DNA of 64,000 nt from Paramecium tetraurelia. Taxonomy: Eukaryota. Positions 26,760 to 39,931 of this stretch are shown piece after piece (positions within the stretch are counted from its first letter, which is position 1; every line of letters starts with the position of its first letter). Where the stretch lies: contig CT868418.1 of NCBI GenBank assembly GCA_000165425.1, positions 248,001 to 312,000 on the forward strand, given 5' to 3'. The notes below the pieces were generated by a model. That model did no database searches and was not told the DNA's origin. It saw only the letters and a program-made list of their open reading frames with translations. The translations under genes were made by a program, and so were the position numbers.

Positions 26760-28000
26760 ATGAACGACCTTCGAATGCATAAGTTATAACAATTCTTCTC
26801 TAAATCGAACATCTATCAAAATAATTCGATACAACATATAGAACGATAGAAATTGACTATCTCCAATGATGTAGAACTTAAAGATTAATCCCAAATTGAA
26901 GATAAGATGATTCCTGTTGTTCGTCCATATTAAACTGACTTTGATAAAGATATGTGTAAAATCAATTTAAATACTTAGATCTTATGGCGAAACCACTGAT
27001 ACAACCATTAATTTAATTGAATATTGTTAGTAAACCTGAAATCAATAATGTCAATCTTTCACACTAATTGCACAACTAGTTAGACAAAGCAATCAAAAGA
27101 TCTGAGAACTTTTTAACTCTTAAAAAACAACCTAATCACTTTCTTAATCAATTGAGATAATAAAACAAACAAAATCAATTAACAGAAAAGAAATAGCAAA
27201 ATTCAGCTCCTAAAAAAGAAATCAAACAGATTGACTCAAATGACTATGATTTCAAATCAATCAATAAAAGGCCAATTCCTGATTAAACTACCGGAATTAA
27301 ACTGCCTAAATCCATCAAAGACATCTATTAAATTGGACAAACTGCTGATGATCTATAAGCAAATGATGAATCCTTTCTCCTTAAGGAAGAACCAAACTCA
27401 CAGCAAGTTGTAGCTAAAATTGACTTTGATTGTCTCTTGAATATAGCTGCTGGTTAAGTTGATGAGCATACGATGGCTGAATTAGTTAAAAATGTTATTA
27501 TCGCTAAAAAGAAGGAACTTAATAATCCACTATTAAATAGTTCCATAGAATAATGTGATGTATCAGTGGAAGCTTACCCTCTTAAGCAAGATTAATATGT
27601 TTAGATGTCATCCAAAGCTTTACCAAATGTACAAACTGTTTTAAATGGGATTCGTCTAGCCAAAAATCAATACTATTAAAGTTAGGAAAAATAAGAATGC
27701 AAAACCATCATACGCTCGCATTTAGAAGAACTTATGCAAATATTGATGTAAGGATATCCAGAACAATCAGGAATGAGTTAATCACTTGACTTCTTACTTT
27801 CACTCAATAAATAGGAACTAGCTCTTCCATACGAAGGAATGAGCAAATTGGAGTTACTCTACATTTTTGTTAATGAGTACAAAGCTCTTTAGATGCTAGA
27901 ATAAACATAACCATCAACAAATCAATTCAATTAGACCATAAGTAGACGATATCTGAAACCTACAAAGGCAGCTTAGATGAAAACAATTAAGAAAAAATGA
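26760..28000 (+). CDS. Hypothetical protein
   Basis: ATG26760 to TGA28000 with one short intron near 26956-26978. Confidence 0.6.
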
Positions 28001-28061
28001 ATTCGATTTACTTTTACTTATTAATATATTTAATTTCTTAGATCAAATTATTTATCTTAAT

Positions 28062-29441
28062 ATGATTTCATTTGATCAAATATTAGAAGAGAAGATTGGG
28101 TCAGGAATTTACTAACTTAGAACAGTTAGCATCATAGGATTAATAGAGTTTTGTGATGGGGTTGAATACGTTTTTATGTCCATTTTGATGGCTATATTGC
28201 AAAAAGAATGGTAGCTATCTCAAACGCAAGTAGCAACATTGGGATCTTCTTTTCTTGCAGGTGTGGTTATAGGAAATTGCATCTGTGCTTATATTACAGA
28301 TAAAATCGGTCGAAAAACATCATTTTCAATATTCGCAGGACTTTCGGTGATACTAGTCTATTATACGAGTTTTGCTGAGTCTTATAATGAGATTATTATC
28401 CTTCGATTACTATTTGGCATAGTGTTTGGAACAACTAGTCCTTTGGGATATGTTTTTATAACTGAGGTTGCTGTTGCCAAGTATAGAGGGAGATTTGCAT
28501 TTTCTTTAACACTAATGTATGTTGCAGGAAAAGCCTATTTAGTATTATTGTGTTTTTTCTTTCTTGATGATTATACAAGTGGAAATTGGAGAGGATTGAT
28601 AAGGTTCAATGGAATACCTGTTTTACTATGCTTTATATTATCACTGATATATTTGAAAGAGACTATTAGATACTATTTAAACAAAGGTTAATACACTGTG
28701 GCATTCCAAGAGATTGAGGATGTCCAAAAATAAAATAATAGTTAATATGACCCATTAAATGAAAGTGAAAAGGATGGTTTAATTGCTTGGTAATTGAGAT
28801 AAAACAATCTCATGATCAAAGAGAACTAAAACGAAGAAAGTGGAGTATTATCAAAATAGCATCTCAGAATTACACTCTAATTATGGACTTTACTAATACT
28901 GGCTAATTTTTAGAATTTAAGCATATATTTATTGATGCCATTCTTGTTTGCACAAGAAAATTCAGGATTCGAACATATGTTATATTTGTTTTTGATTGAA
29001 TTCGTCTTTGCATTTGTAATCTACTTATTTATAGATGATCCAAAATATGGTGGAAGAGTCAATATCATTATTTATGCTTCAATTTTATTAGTAATAACAA
29101 ATTTATTGCTCTATATATATCAAGCCTCAATTTTATTTTTTGGAATGCTTTTAATTAAAATAGCAACTAGAGGGATGTTCTCTACTCTATTTATTATATG
29201 TTGTGAAAGTTATCCTCTTCATCTAAGATCTAGAGGGAGTGGATTGGCTATGGCTGTAGGCAAAGTCGTGTCAATTCCATCTCCTTATGTGCTCTTCCCT
29301 CTATTTGCTATAGATCCTTATCTGCCATTTTTAATATTGAGTGTCCTAGGAACATTTATGATTGCATTGTCAGTTACATATCCGTCTGATCGTACATAGA
29401 AACACTTGGAAGTTTATAGTGACGAATAAAAAGAAGAATGA
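28062..29441 (+). CDS. MFS transporter, SV2/SVOP-like, 459 aa
   Basis: Intronless 1380-nt ORF. DKIGRK, TEV...YRG, NWRGL, ET.RY and ESYPLHLRSRG motifs. Confidence 0.85.
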
Positions 29442-29469
29442 TTTATTAATTTATTTATTGTCTAATATT

Positions 29470-31766
29470 TCATAATCCATCAGGATATTATGCTTATGTA
29501 AACCAGGGATGATAGAGGGCATCTTTAGCCGAGGGTCTAATTTATTAATCAATATTATTATTATACCTTTTTGAAGGATCAATGTGTAATAATTGCTTAA
29601 CAAAATCTAAAAAGAACATGTCGTCAGTCTTTAATCTGGCCTTTAGATTTGATTTCTTGGGAACCAATATTTAGATTAATCCAGTCTTTTTTCTTTTGAC
29701 TGAGGCATCTGACATATCAGGGTTTGGGTAATGTTATTGTTAATCCTCCATTGCATCCTGATAGAGTAGTTTCTCCTTTGTGAAGAATTAATTAACTAAT
29801 CTGCCCTCTTTCATCATATTTTCAGGGAATGGACCAATTATACCAATGACTCTAGCTAATAAGCCTTGTACAGTGTCGTTTTAAAACAAAACATATCCTG
29901 TCCATAATTCAGCTAGGATACAGCCCAATGACCACATATCAATTTTATAATCATATTTGCATCCAATGATAACTTCAGGTGCTCTATAACTTCTTGATTG
30001 AACATAACTAGATAGATGATCATGGATGAAACATGAAGATCCGAAATCAATCACTTTACATTCACATTTGCTTATAGATCTCATTAATATGTTTTCAGGT
30101 TTTAAATCACAATGAATCAATTTAAGAGAGTGTATATAATCTAAGGCAATCAAGATTTGTTTGGTCAACTAAATAAATAGAATATTTACTTACTTTTTAT
30201 AATCTACCAACTGTAAAATAGTTGACTTTTTCCTTTTCTCTATAGTATTTGTAGAATTCATAAAGATTATCTTTAAGTAGTTCTGTAACTAAAAATAGAT
30301 GTTCTTTATGATAAAAGAAATCATATAATCTAAGCACATTTTTAGCATCACAATCTCCATTGCAATTTATATATCTCAATAATTTAATTTCATCTATGCT
30401 CTAATCCATATAATCTTTATTATTTTCTATGATTTTCATGCACACCTCCTTTTAAGATTGTAAATCTAAACATTTAACTGCTTTTGAAAATGCTGCTGAT
30501 CCCAAATATTCTAATATTTGATATCTTCCAGCTATGATTGAATTAATAACAATAGGAAAATCTTTGGTTTCTTCAAATCCAGTTCTTTCCCTATCAAAAA
30601 TGACTTTGAGATTGAAACAATCATAGATGACTCTATCAAATTCCACAGGATAGAAGTCGTCTGTAGAGTCTGGGTGTTTCAATGAAGGAGGCAAATAAAT
30701 GTATCCTTTTCTACTTTCCTCTTAGGATTTCTATTAACTCTTCAATAAGACAGCACTATCATCTTCATTATCACAATTCACCTCATCCTTTTTCTTCTTA
30801 AGTTAAGCTATGGCTCTTTAGGGAAATCCAAATTTATCTGCCAATTACTTAGCCACTTTAATGAAATCCTTTTCTCCAACTTCATACAAATCAAATCCAG
30901 GATCATCATCATCATTGTATTCGTCTATTATATTTTTATTTTCTTCCATATCATGTAATACAAATGACTAAGAATTTTGTAGAAAGAAGGAGGAATCATT
31001 ACATCCACTTTCAGGTCTAATGATGGATGGCATTTTAGCTGTGTCTATACCCTCAAATTGTTGATGTTTAGCAGCAGATCTCGAGACATCCTCTTCTGTA
31101 AACAATTCATCAACTGAAGGGGATTTTTCCAACACTTATTGCTTTTAATGTTGCTAAGGCTATTAGATTTTTCCAAATACTATTTGGTCACTCTCTTGAA
31201 TCTCTAAAATAATTGTAACAACTATATTCATTACATTTGCCAAAACAAGGAGCTTATTATTATTCTTCACTTGTTTCAGTTCTCTTTTTTTTGAGAATCG
31301 AATTTGAAATAGATGTATTTGAAATATCATGAAATACATCTGCTTAATCCACCATCTTTTAGAATGTGGCATTATCAAAATAGCGTTCAATCTTCTCGTT
31401 GAGTGTCTCATCTTCTAATAGATTTGGCTTTGACACTAATCTATTCATTAATTTTTCCATTATTTGTTCTGTCTGCTCTTATGTGAATACTTTTGGTTTC
31501 CTACGCACTGCTTATCTATCGATCACTGGCTTCTTCTTTTCTTTCTTCTTCTGCTCCAATGCTTAACAGATGATGTCTTTCAATAATTCAAATATTAGTA
31601 CTCATAAGCATTTATTGTTGTTACTTTTCACAGTCAATTTCATTTTTCATCATTACTTAAACAATTATGTCACTTATATACTTATTTCTTCCTTCAATTT
31701 ACGGGCTGATTATTGAAGACCAGACTGCTCCAAAAATTTAACTATTGTTTTCAGCGCTTCGTTCAT
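29470..31766 (-). CDS. DYRK-family kinase (DYRKP-like) with N-terminal LisH-like motif
   Basis: [47 protein letters not shown] and [13 protein letters not shown]-terminus [23 protein letters not shown]. Confidence 0.9.
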
Positions 31767-31895
31767 TAATTATATAATTAATATATATAAGGATTATCAA
31801 TATTTTAATTACAATCATTAATATCTTAAAATATTATTCCACTATATTTTATTTTAATGGCTTGTAAATTCTTGAAAATTCCTATTAAAATATTA

Positions 31896-33140
31896 ATGTC
31901 AAATTAAGACATCAATGAACTTCCGGCCCTCAAAGTCAATGTCCCCTCTTTCTTGATGAAAACATATGAAATTCTTGAAGTACACCATTTTTGTCTACCA
32001 CTTTATATTCAGAACCCATCTTTATCCCACATAATTACCTGGAATCAAGAGGGCAACGCATTCATCGTCCTAAATACCCATGAACTGGCATCCAAGGTTC
32101 TTGCAAACTATTTCAAACACTAAAAACTACCCCAGCTTCTTGAGGTTTTATACTCTGTCATTATAGATAACTTAACATGTACAGCTTTAAAAAAAGCAAA
32201 AACAATTATGGACAAAGTGAGTTCAGGCACAAATGGTTTAGAAGAGGACTTAAGTAAAATCTTTTTCATACATACCATAGAATTATGCTTTAATACATTC
32301 GTAGGAGAAACTAAGAAGATTCTGAGAATAAAATAGAGATGAAGAATATGAATAACCACAAAATTGATAATTATAAACAAGAACATGAAGAAATGAAAAA
32401 GATAGTTCATGACATTCACAGCACTCAACTGCAAATGGAAGTTGATTTCTCAGCTTCCATGGAATAAAATGCTTAAGCCACCCGCTCTAGCCAAACTATA
32501 TTGTAGGTTTAATGTCTCATTCTTTATTGTTAGTGTCTGAATCAAATGCAGTTGCAATTCAATAAAAGGTTCGATAATCTTTCCTTACTTCTAGCCAAGA
32601 TTACTTCATACATTCCAAATTTTCGTAAATTTTAATAAAATTATGCAGCCCACTAAATAGGAGATATGCAAAAGTAATACTCCTTGGATGAACCATCTCC
32701 AAGCAGATTAGAACACCATTATATTGTCCCTTATAATGAGAATTATAACCAATACAGCAATATAGGATCACCATATCATTAATTCTCTTGCAATAGTCCA
32801 ATAAATATTCTTTTATCCAGATAAAATTAATGTAACGTTCAGAAATAATTTTAGAATTTTAAGATTATTGCCTTTAATTTGATCCAAACATCTTCTAATT
32901 CAAAAGATAAAACCAATAATAACAACTAGCCTTACCTGCTCCAGCAATTAATTCATATTAGCGTACTCTAATTATCTATCCACTTATAGCTAGCAATAAT
33001 TATTCATTGCAATCTAGTTCATAAAACTCCCCTTATAGAATGCCCAGTCCTTGTCATACTTCCTTCATGGATTCTGAAAACCCAGAAAAAGTATAACATT
33101 TAATTGAAAAAATTAGTTTAATTTTTACTAACAAGCATGA
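31896..33140 (+). CDS. HSF-type DNA-binding transcription factor
   Basis: VPSFLMKTYEILE, IITWNQEGNAFIV, YFKHQNYPSFLR.LNMYSFKK and EFRHKWFRRG. Q/S/P-rich tail, several introns. Confidence 0.88.
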
Positions 33141-33184
33141 ATTCTAATTGAATATTGTATTTAAAACCATTAATTTATTATTAT

Positions 33185-34006
33185 TCAATATAAATACTCA
33201 TTGTTAATCTGGATAATCTTCAATATATATTAAATTTGTGTTTCTGGAATGTTAGCCAATAAAATTAATTTATTTATATCATTATAAAGTAGTAGGTTAT
33301 GATAATAGCTGCTAAAAGAAATCTGGTAATTTTTCAATATATGAATTAATCTATTTCTCACTTTGTGAAACCAAATTTATGACTAAATATAATGAGACTT
33401 TCATTTAAATTAGATTGATTTATTATATTATTTGAAGTATTCATTTCTAGTTTTTCAAGGAGATCCTATAAAATTGATCTTTTTCAATAATAACATTGTC
33501 TACTCTAAAGATCGCCCTCTTTGAGTCTTCCATCCTTGAGTTTTCTTTCTAACTTTGACAGAAAAATTTAAAGAACTTGAGAAAGTGATAGATTTTTGAT
33601 TTTGTTAATTTTTGGGTTCAATTGATGTGTGAAATAAATCCTTTTTGATAGCATCTTAAAAATAGTTAGGAAATTCTTTGATTTAATAATCTTGTATGAT
33701 AATTAGGATTAACTTCCTTATTTTAGACAATATGGGATAAATTTGGCCAAAATTAATTTAAAGATCTATTACAGCAGATGTATATTTGTTTCTCTTTTAA
33801 CTCTAAATTATTTGCTATATAATATTGAGATTATTGAGGATCCTTCTTTAAATAATAATATAATAGAAAATATTGATCATCTGTAAATCTATCTTTTAAA
33901 TCTTCTCTAATTGCTTTGTTTATACAACTGAATTGTGAGTACTGTGATTTGATAAATAATTATATCGACCTAGGATTGTTTATATGAAATTCGAATTGTT
34001 TTTCAT
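33185..34006 (-). CDS. Possible hypothetical protein (exon structure unresolved)
   Basis: Candidate ATG at 34006 and long TGA-free segments. I could not resolve a single consistent frame. Confidence 0.3.
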
Positions 34007-34023
34007 TAAATTATATATATAAA

Positions 34024-35532
34024 ATGAATCCGAAACAATTATTCTAAGATAAATATCAATAGATTAGAGATTTCTTACTCTCTTCCTCTGATGAAAGAAA
34101 CAATGAACAGTTAATTGATATTAGGAACATACTCGAAAGTTTCGCCTTTTTCATTCAATTTACAAAGTATTAAAAATGACTATGATTCAAGTACAAAATC
34201 ACAAGAGTTTATAGAGATGTGTCGATATTTGTAATTGGAAGTGTATGAACAGGAGCAAACCCTTTTTAGGTAGGGGGATCCTGCAGACAAGTTTTATATA
34301 ATTTTAAAGGGAGAGGCTCGAATATTGATTAAAAGTCCAGGCTTAGATGAAATTAAATAGGTTGGTATTTCAGGTGTAGGAGATTGTTTTGGTGAATTGG
34401 CATTGTTATTTAATTCAGACAGAAATGCTACAATAGTAGTTGGGAAGTAAACTGAATTGATGGTTCTTCATAGGAATGATTTCAATAAGTATATGAAATT
34501 TCATTCTTCTGAATAAGCGAATTAAGTAAAGAACCATTATTACATACAAGGCATATAACCTTCTCAATGTGATTGAGCCATTTCTTTCATTAAATTTTCC
34601 GGATAAAATTAGACTTGCAAGTAAGATGGAATATCGAACATTTCAGTCAAATTATGCATTCATAAATTAAGGACAGACTTTGAATAATTTTTACGTAGTG
34701 GAATCAGGTTCTGTCAAACTCTATCGTACAATACCATTTAATATCAATAAAAATGGATTGATTTAATTTCAACATAAATATGATCCCAATAAACAGAGTA
34801 GAAATCTCAAGATAGAAATTGATGAAATAGGGCCTGGAAAGTATATTGGAGATTACGAATTACAACATTATAAGCCTAGTCAATATACAGCAGTTACAGG
34901 TATGTAAACTACTTGTTTTGTGATTTCTCTTATTGATTTCAATTTAATGAGTCAATTCTAATTAGCTGAAGTCTGTCGAAATTCTAAGCCTTATCCAACA
35001 GATGATCATATCAGAGAAGCCTTTCTCGATGGCATCAAATGGAGAATTTTCAGAGTATTTATATTAAAACATTTATCTTTTTTAGAAACAAATGGTCTCA
35101 AAGTTACAATTAGAATTAAAAACATGCAGCGAAGTTAGAGATCCAACAACCTTGCCCAAATTTCAATATCAAAAGGATCTTCGTCAATTTGCTCTCAAAA
35201 CACTCTCTTATGATAAGTTGATGGACTCCTATTTGAATTCTAATGGGGAACCTGCTTAATAGTAGACTGGTAGCATAGTTTTCAATGAATTAAATAGCAA
35301 AAGTCCATAAAAGAAGGATAAACCATTCTTTACTAATGTAGATGAAGCAATTAGGAAACTAAAATAATCTTAAGGTGGCAATAGAAGCAAGAAACAAATC
35401 CTTCCAAAAATAAATCCGAAGGTTGGCTCGGATATATATAATATATTAGTAAAGAAATTAATATTAACTTCTTAAAAATAAAATTAAAATGAATCAAATT
35501 TCCCAAAACATCCTTGTTCAAAAACTTATTGA
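34024..35532 (+). CDS. Tandem cyclic-nucleotide-binding-domain protein (3' end ambiguous)
   Basis: LFRQGDPADKFYIILKG...GDCFGELALL...RNATIV, and a second domain IKQGQ...FYVVESGSV...GKYIGD. Confidence 0.75.
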
Positions 35533-36093
35533 TTACAAATTACGGTATTCATACTTTTCTATAGACAAATCTAGAAAGAACAAAAATAAGAGAAAAGCTA
35601 GTCCTTAGTATTCTCCACCAAAGATGCCCATATCATAAAGATAGACATCCTTTTCGAATGGACATGCATATTCGATTCATTAAAAATTGAAATCAATTCA
35701 AAGTTAACAGAAAGTATTCATTCCTCAGGCTATGCCACAGTCTCGGATTTGCTAGATCTCTTAAGCCAAATGTTTCGCATCATTCAATAGTATGAACAGC
35801 AGGCATGCCATCTTTGGTCCAAAAATCTCGAGATGTTGAAGCAAATCAAGATCCCAATCCTCCAGGAAAATGAAGACTTGAAGCTTGCTGTAGAAAACCT
35901 AAAATAGAATGATATTTAAAATAGCGTATATGGATAATTAAAAGAGTATGAATAAATTTAGAAGCCAAAACCTAAATTAATCGATTTGTAACACATCAAT
36001 AGAGATTCAAACTTCTAAGAAGAATTTATGTCGAAAGTAAATGAATTTAGTTTATCATGGCGACAAGAAGTGCAATAGCTTAAGTAATTATGA
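35489..36093 (+). CDS. Hypothetical protein (may be fused to the upstream CNBD gene)
   Basis: ATG35489, a 20-nt intron, ending EEFMSKVNEFSLSWRQE...TGA36093. Confidence 0.5.
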
Positions 36094-36387
36094 AGATTTT
36101 GAATGTATTAAATATTCAAAATAAAAATATAATTAGTATCTTTTAATACGTTCATCTTACTAAATTTAGATTTAATTAAATTATTATTTAACATAATATA
36201 ATAATTCTATAGAACTATTAAATCATGGATGTCATCTATCATATTTTACTCTGTTCATTCTCTTATCTTATTTAAATGGATATTCAAATATTTTTGCTAA
36301 AATTCAAAATAGCATTTGAATTGAATTAATAAATTGATATGAAATTTAATAAAATTTATAATAAAATTCCAAAATTATAGAATATGC

Positions 36388-38109
36388 TCATGATGATTTT
36401 TGAAAGACCCATTTTCTTGCAAACAGAAATGGGTCATTCTGATGTTATAAATTGTCCTCCAAAATTTCAATTACTATTTTAATTTCATTTGATTTTTTGA
36501 CCATTTAATTGGCTAAACTTATTATGTACATTGTTAATAGTTTTCCTTAATCATCTAGATTAGAATTAAAAAATAATTAAAATGTTTTATCTAAATTTAA
36601 GTTGACGAGACATTGAATTTTTTGATAGTATTATTGAAGTTGACTTATCCAGTTATCTAATTAAGATTTTATTTTAAGAGGTGCAAATGTGTAGAATACT
36701 TTAGCTTTGATGGCCAATAACTTTCTTAATAAAAATTACATCTTTAATAAGAGATCATCATCCTGCTTAGGAAAATTCTATATTATTTATTCAATAAATT
36801 CACAAAATTCATAGGTAGGCTTCAATATTACTGGTAAATCAATTTCTTAATTCCTATTTTAGGAGAGAAGTTTTTATTTTGAAGATTTCTGAACTGAGCA
36901 ATCAGTGCTAATTTACTCAATAAGTTCAATATTGATCTCTGAATCACTTTATTAATGAGAATATCTGAAAGGTTATTAGTTGAAATTTCCTCCAGTACTT
37001 TTACCTGGAACCTCATCCTCATAAGTAAATTAAGTAATTTCAAATTCTTTACCTCTCTTTTACGCTTACACTCTAACAAGATTGGCCAGAGTTTGATCAT
37101 CAAAGGATAAAGGCTTATTATCAGATAAACGTTGTCGAACGTATTTTTTTCTGATTTCATTTGGTGACCTGAATCCTTTTGATTAAAGAGGAGAATTAAC
37201 TTAAGTAGACACAGACTTTTGGGACAGTTTAACTAAGTGTGAAGCCTACTTAGACACAGATGACTAGGATGATTGATGTTCTTATAAAATTTAAAGAATC
37301 TATTAAATTGTTATTCTGTCTTCAGGTTCTAATTACAGCATACCTTCGAGTAATCGAACAATTAATTTAGAATTTATGATGTCGAGAGTTTGACAGTTTT
37401 CTTTTATTTCTTGCATAAGGGTTTAATCATTAAACTTGAATTTGGGAGCTGCTTTAAATAACATCTCGTGTAACATGATTCCTAAAGCCCAGACATCACT
37501 TTTTTCTGAATATTAATTGAGCAGATGAATTTCAGGTGCCATATACAGAGGAGTGCCAACATTATATCGTTTAAGTATGCTATCATATTAATTCTCAATA
37601 AGAGCGAAACCAAAATCAACAAGTTTAAAAATATCATTTTTTATTAACACATTAGCGGGCTTAATGTCTCTATGAATGATATCTAATTGGATAATAGTTA
37701 TTTTGATACTTTTTTAATGTAAACCAAGGAGACCTTTGCAAATTTATGTCAGTATATCAATAACCTTCTCGGTTTTCATTGGTTCTTACTTTAGTAGTTC
37801 TTCCAAACTGGCACCTTCACAATATTCGCTCACTATATAGGTGTTATTCGCACTCTGACTTATCTCATAAACTCTTAGGAGATTAGGATTATCTATTTAT
37901 AGCAGAATCTTGATTTCATTTGAAAGAAGGGATTTCTGGATTGGTGAATTATAGGTTTCTAAAGAGATGACTTTAATCGCCACAACTTAGTGAGTAGCCA
38001 TGTGAATTCCCTTATAGACTTTGGATGAATATCCTTCTCCAATGATATCATTCATATCAAAACTGTAATCTCCAATTTATTTCCTAATGACTTCTTTGTT
38101 TTCATTCAT
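36388..38109 (-). CDS. Ser/Thr protein kinase (ULK/CAMK-like ciliate family)
   Basis: IIGEGYSSKVYKG, VAIK, IHRDIKPANV, DFGF, VGTPLYMAPE and DVWALG. Confidence 0.85.
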
Positions 38110-38636
38110 TCTTATCAATTTTCCTGATTATTTAAGATTTTTCTGAATAAATTATTTAAGTAAAATAAACACATCTATATAAAACTCACAAAGTAAAAAT
38201 AGATTAGGAAGAAGTCGATATCTTTTCACTTCAAGGAATACCCGCCCTTTTTAAACCAGCCCTATTAACAATGTAAAAATGAGAATTTAATGTTTTAAAA
38301 ATTAATCCATTAAAAGTAGATGAATATCTGATTTATAAATGTTGGTAGAAAATTAACTTTTTAGTTAAGGTGAGTAAATGAGATTAATATTATTGTAGGG
38401 TATTAGAAGACAATATTAGAAGAGTATTTTTGGGATGAAGATTGGATAAAATATTAGTATTATTTGTATAGTTACTTTATTCAATAGAAAGTGCATTAGA
38501 GTGATGCATACTTAAATAGTGGATTGTTATTTCAATAAACCCTGAAATTCAAATAATAAATATTACTATGATAATAATTTGTAATTGTTTATAATAAAAT
38601 TAATATTTATACCGTTAAAATTCTGATTTTTTATTA

Positions 38637-39840
38637 ATGAATAGTTATGCAAAACAAATCTAAACATTCAATTCAGGAACATTTACAACGATGAATGAGT
38701 TTTAATTCATACAGAAACTAGGAACTGGTAGCTTTGGAAACGTGAATTTGTATATACATAAACCAACACAAAAAAAATATGCAATTAAAATTGTAGTTTT
38801 TAATGAAATTTTAGATGCCTGGAGATACAATAACAAATTAATATGAGAGTGAAGGGATAGAGAGAGAAATCAGGGTTCATAAAAAATGCAAAAATCCCAA
38901 TATAGTTCATCTCTATGATTCATTTTATGAGAATGATACTATTTTTATGGTTCTTGAATACCTTGAAAACGGTAGCTTATCAATATTTATACTAGGCAAT
39001 TTGTTTGCACACATTTAGAAGAATCCACCTATGAGTGAGTAGGAAGCATGTAAGTACTTTGTTTAAACATGTCTTGCATTATAATATATGCATTAAAATA
39101 ATGTATTTCATAGAGATATCAAACCAGAAAACCTATTGTTGGATGAGAAATTCAACTTGAAAGTTTGTGATTTTGGTTGGTGTGCTGAGAATATAAATCA
39201 AAAGAGAAAGACCTTCTGTGGAACCTATGAATACATGGCACCTGAAATAGTGATGGAAGTGATGTACGATTACAAAATTGATTTATGGTCATTGGGAATA
39301 TTGTTATTTGAGTTGTTACACAAATACGCACCATTCAAAGGAAAGGATTTTAAGGAAATTTCAGTTGCAATTAAATAATGTCAACCAAAAATCAAGCCAT
39401 CGGTATCAAAAGAAGCTTGCTAATTAATATCTCAATTATTATCTCTGGATCCAAATCACAGACCTCCCATAAATTAAATTCTAGCATCTTCATTCGTAAA
39501 GAAATACAGCAACACTTTGAATTTAGTGGAGTTCCAAGAAAACATTCAACCGAGATCCCCACTTCGATCTTATCCCTCTACATAGTAATTGAAGTGTGGA
39601 TCACCAAGAAGAAGAATCACAGAATATAATATGATATAGAAACCGGAAACAAGAGTGAGAATGGCCTCGCCCAAACCTATGGATTCTTAGAAGATTATAC
39701 AGAAGATTTATGTGAGTCCTGCGAGAAGGATTTAACCGAAAGGAAGGGAGAATGTGGCAGTAAAGACAGGACCGATAGATGTGAGAGGAAGGGAAGCTAC
39801 TAAAATTATATATATGAATTTATGTAATAATATTTCATGA
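38637..39840 (+). CDS. Aurora-like Ser/Thr kinase
   Basis: LGTGSFG, REIRVH, HRDIKPENLLL, DFGW (Aurora-type) and RKTFCGTYEYMAPE. Two introns. Confidence 0.88.
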
Positions 39841-39866
39841 TTCAGAGAATCTCAAACAAAATTATA

Positions 39867-39884
39867 AAAATCATTAAAATATTT
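39867..39884 (+). promoter_or_regulatory. Candidate PGM promoter motif AAAATCATTAAAATATTT
   Basis: Imperfect palindrome 48-65 nt upstream of the PGM ATG, inside a 91-bp intergenic region. It resembles, from memory and unverified here, a motif reported upstream of PGM and co-regulated developmental genes. Confidence 0.45.
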
Positions 39885-39931
39885 TGCTTAATTAAAGACG
39901 GAAGTCAGTATGAATTTACTTTAATCATTTA

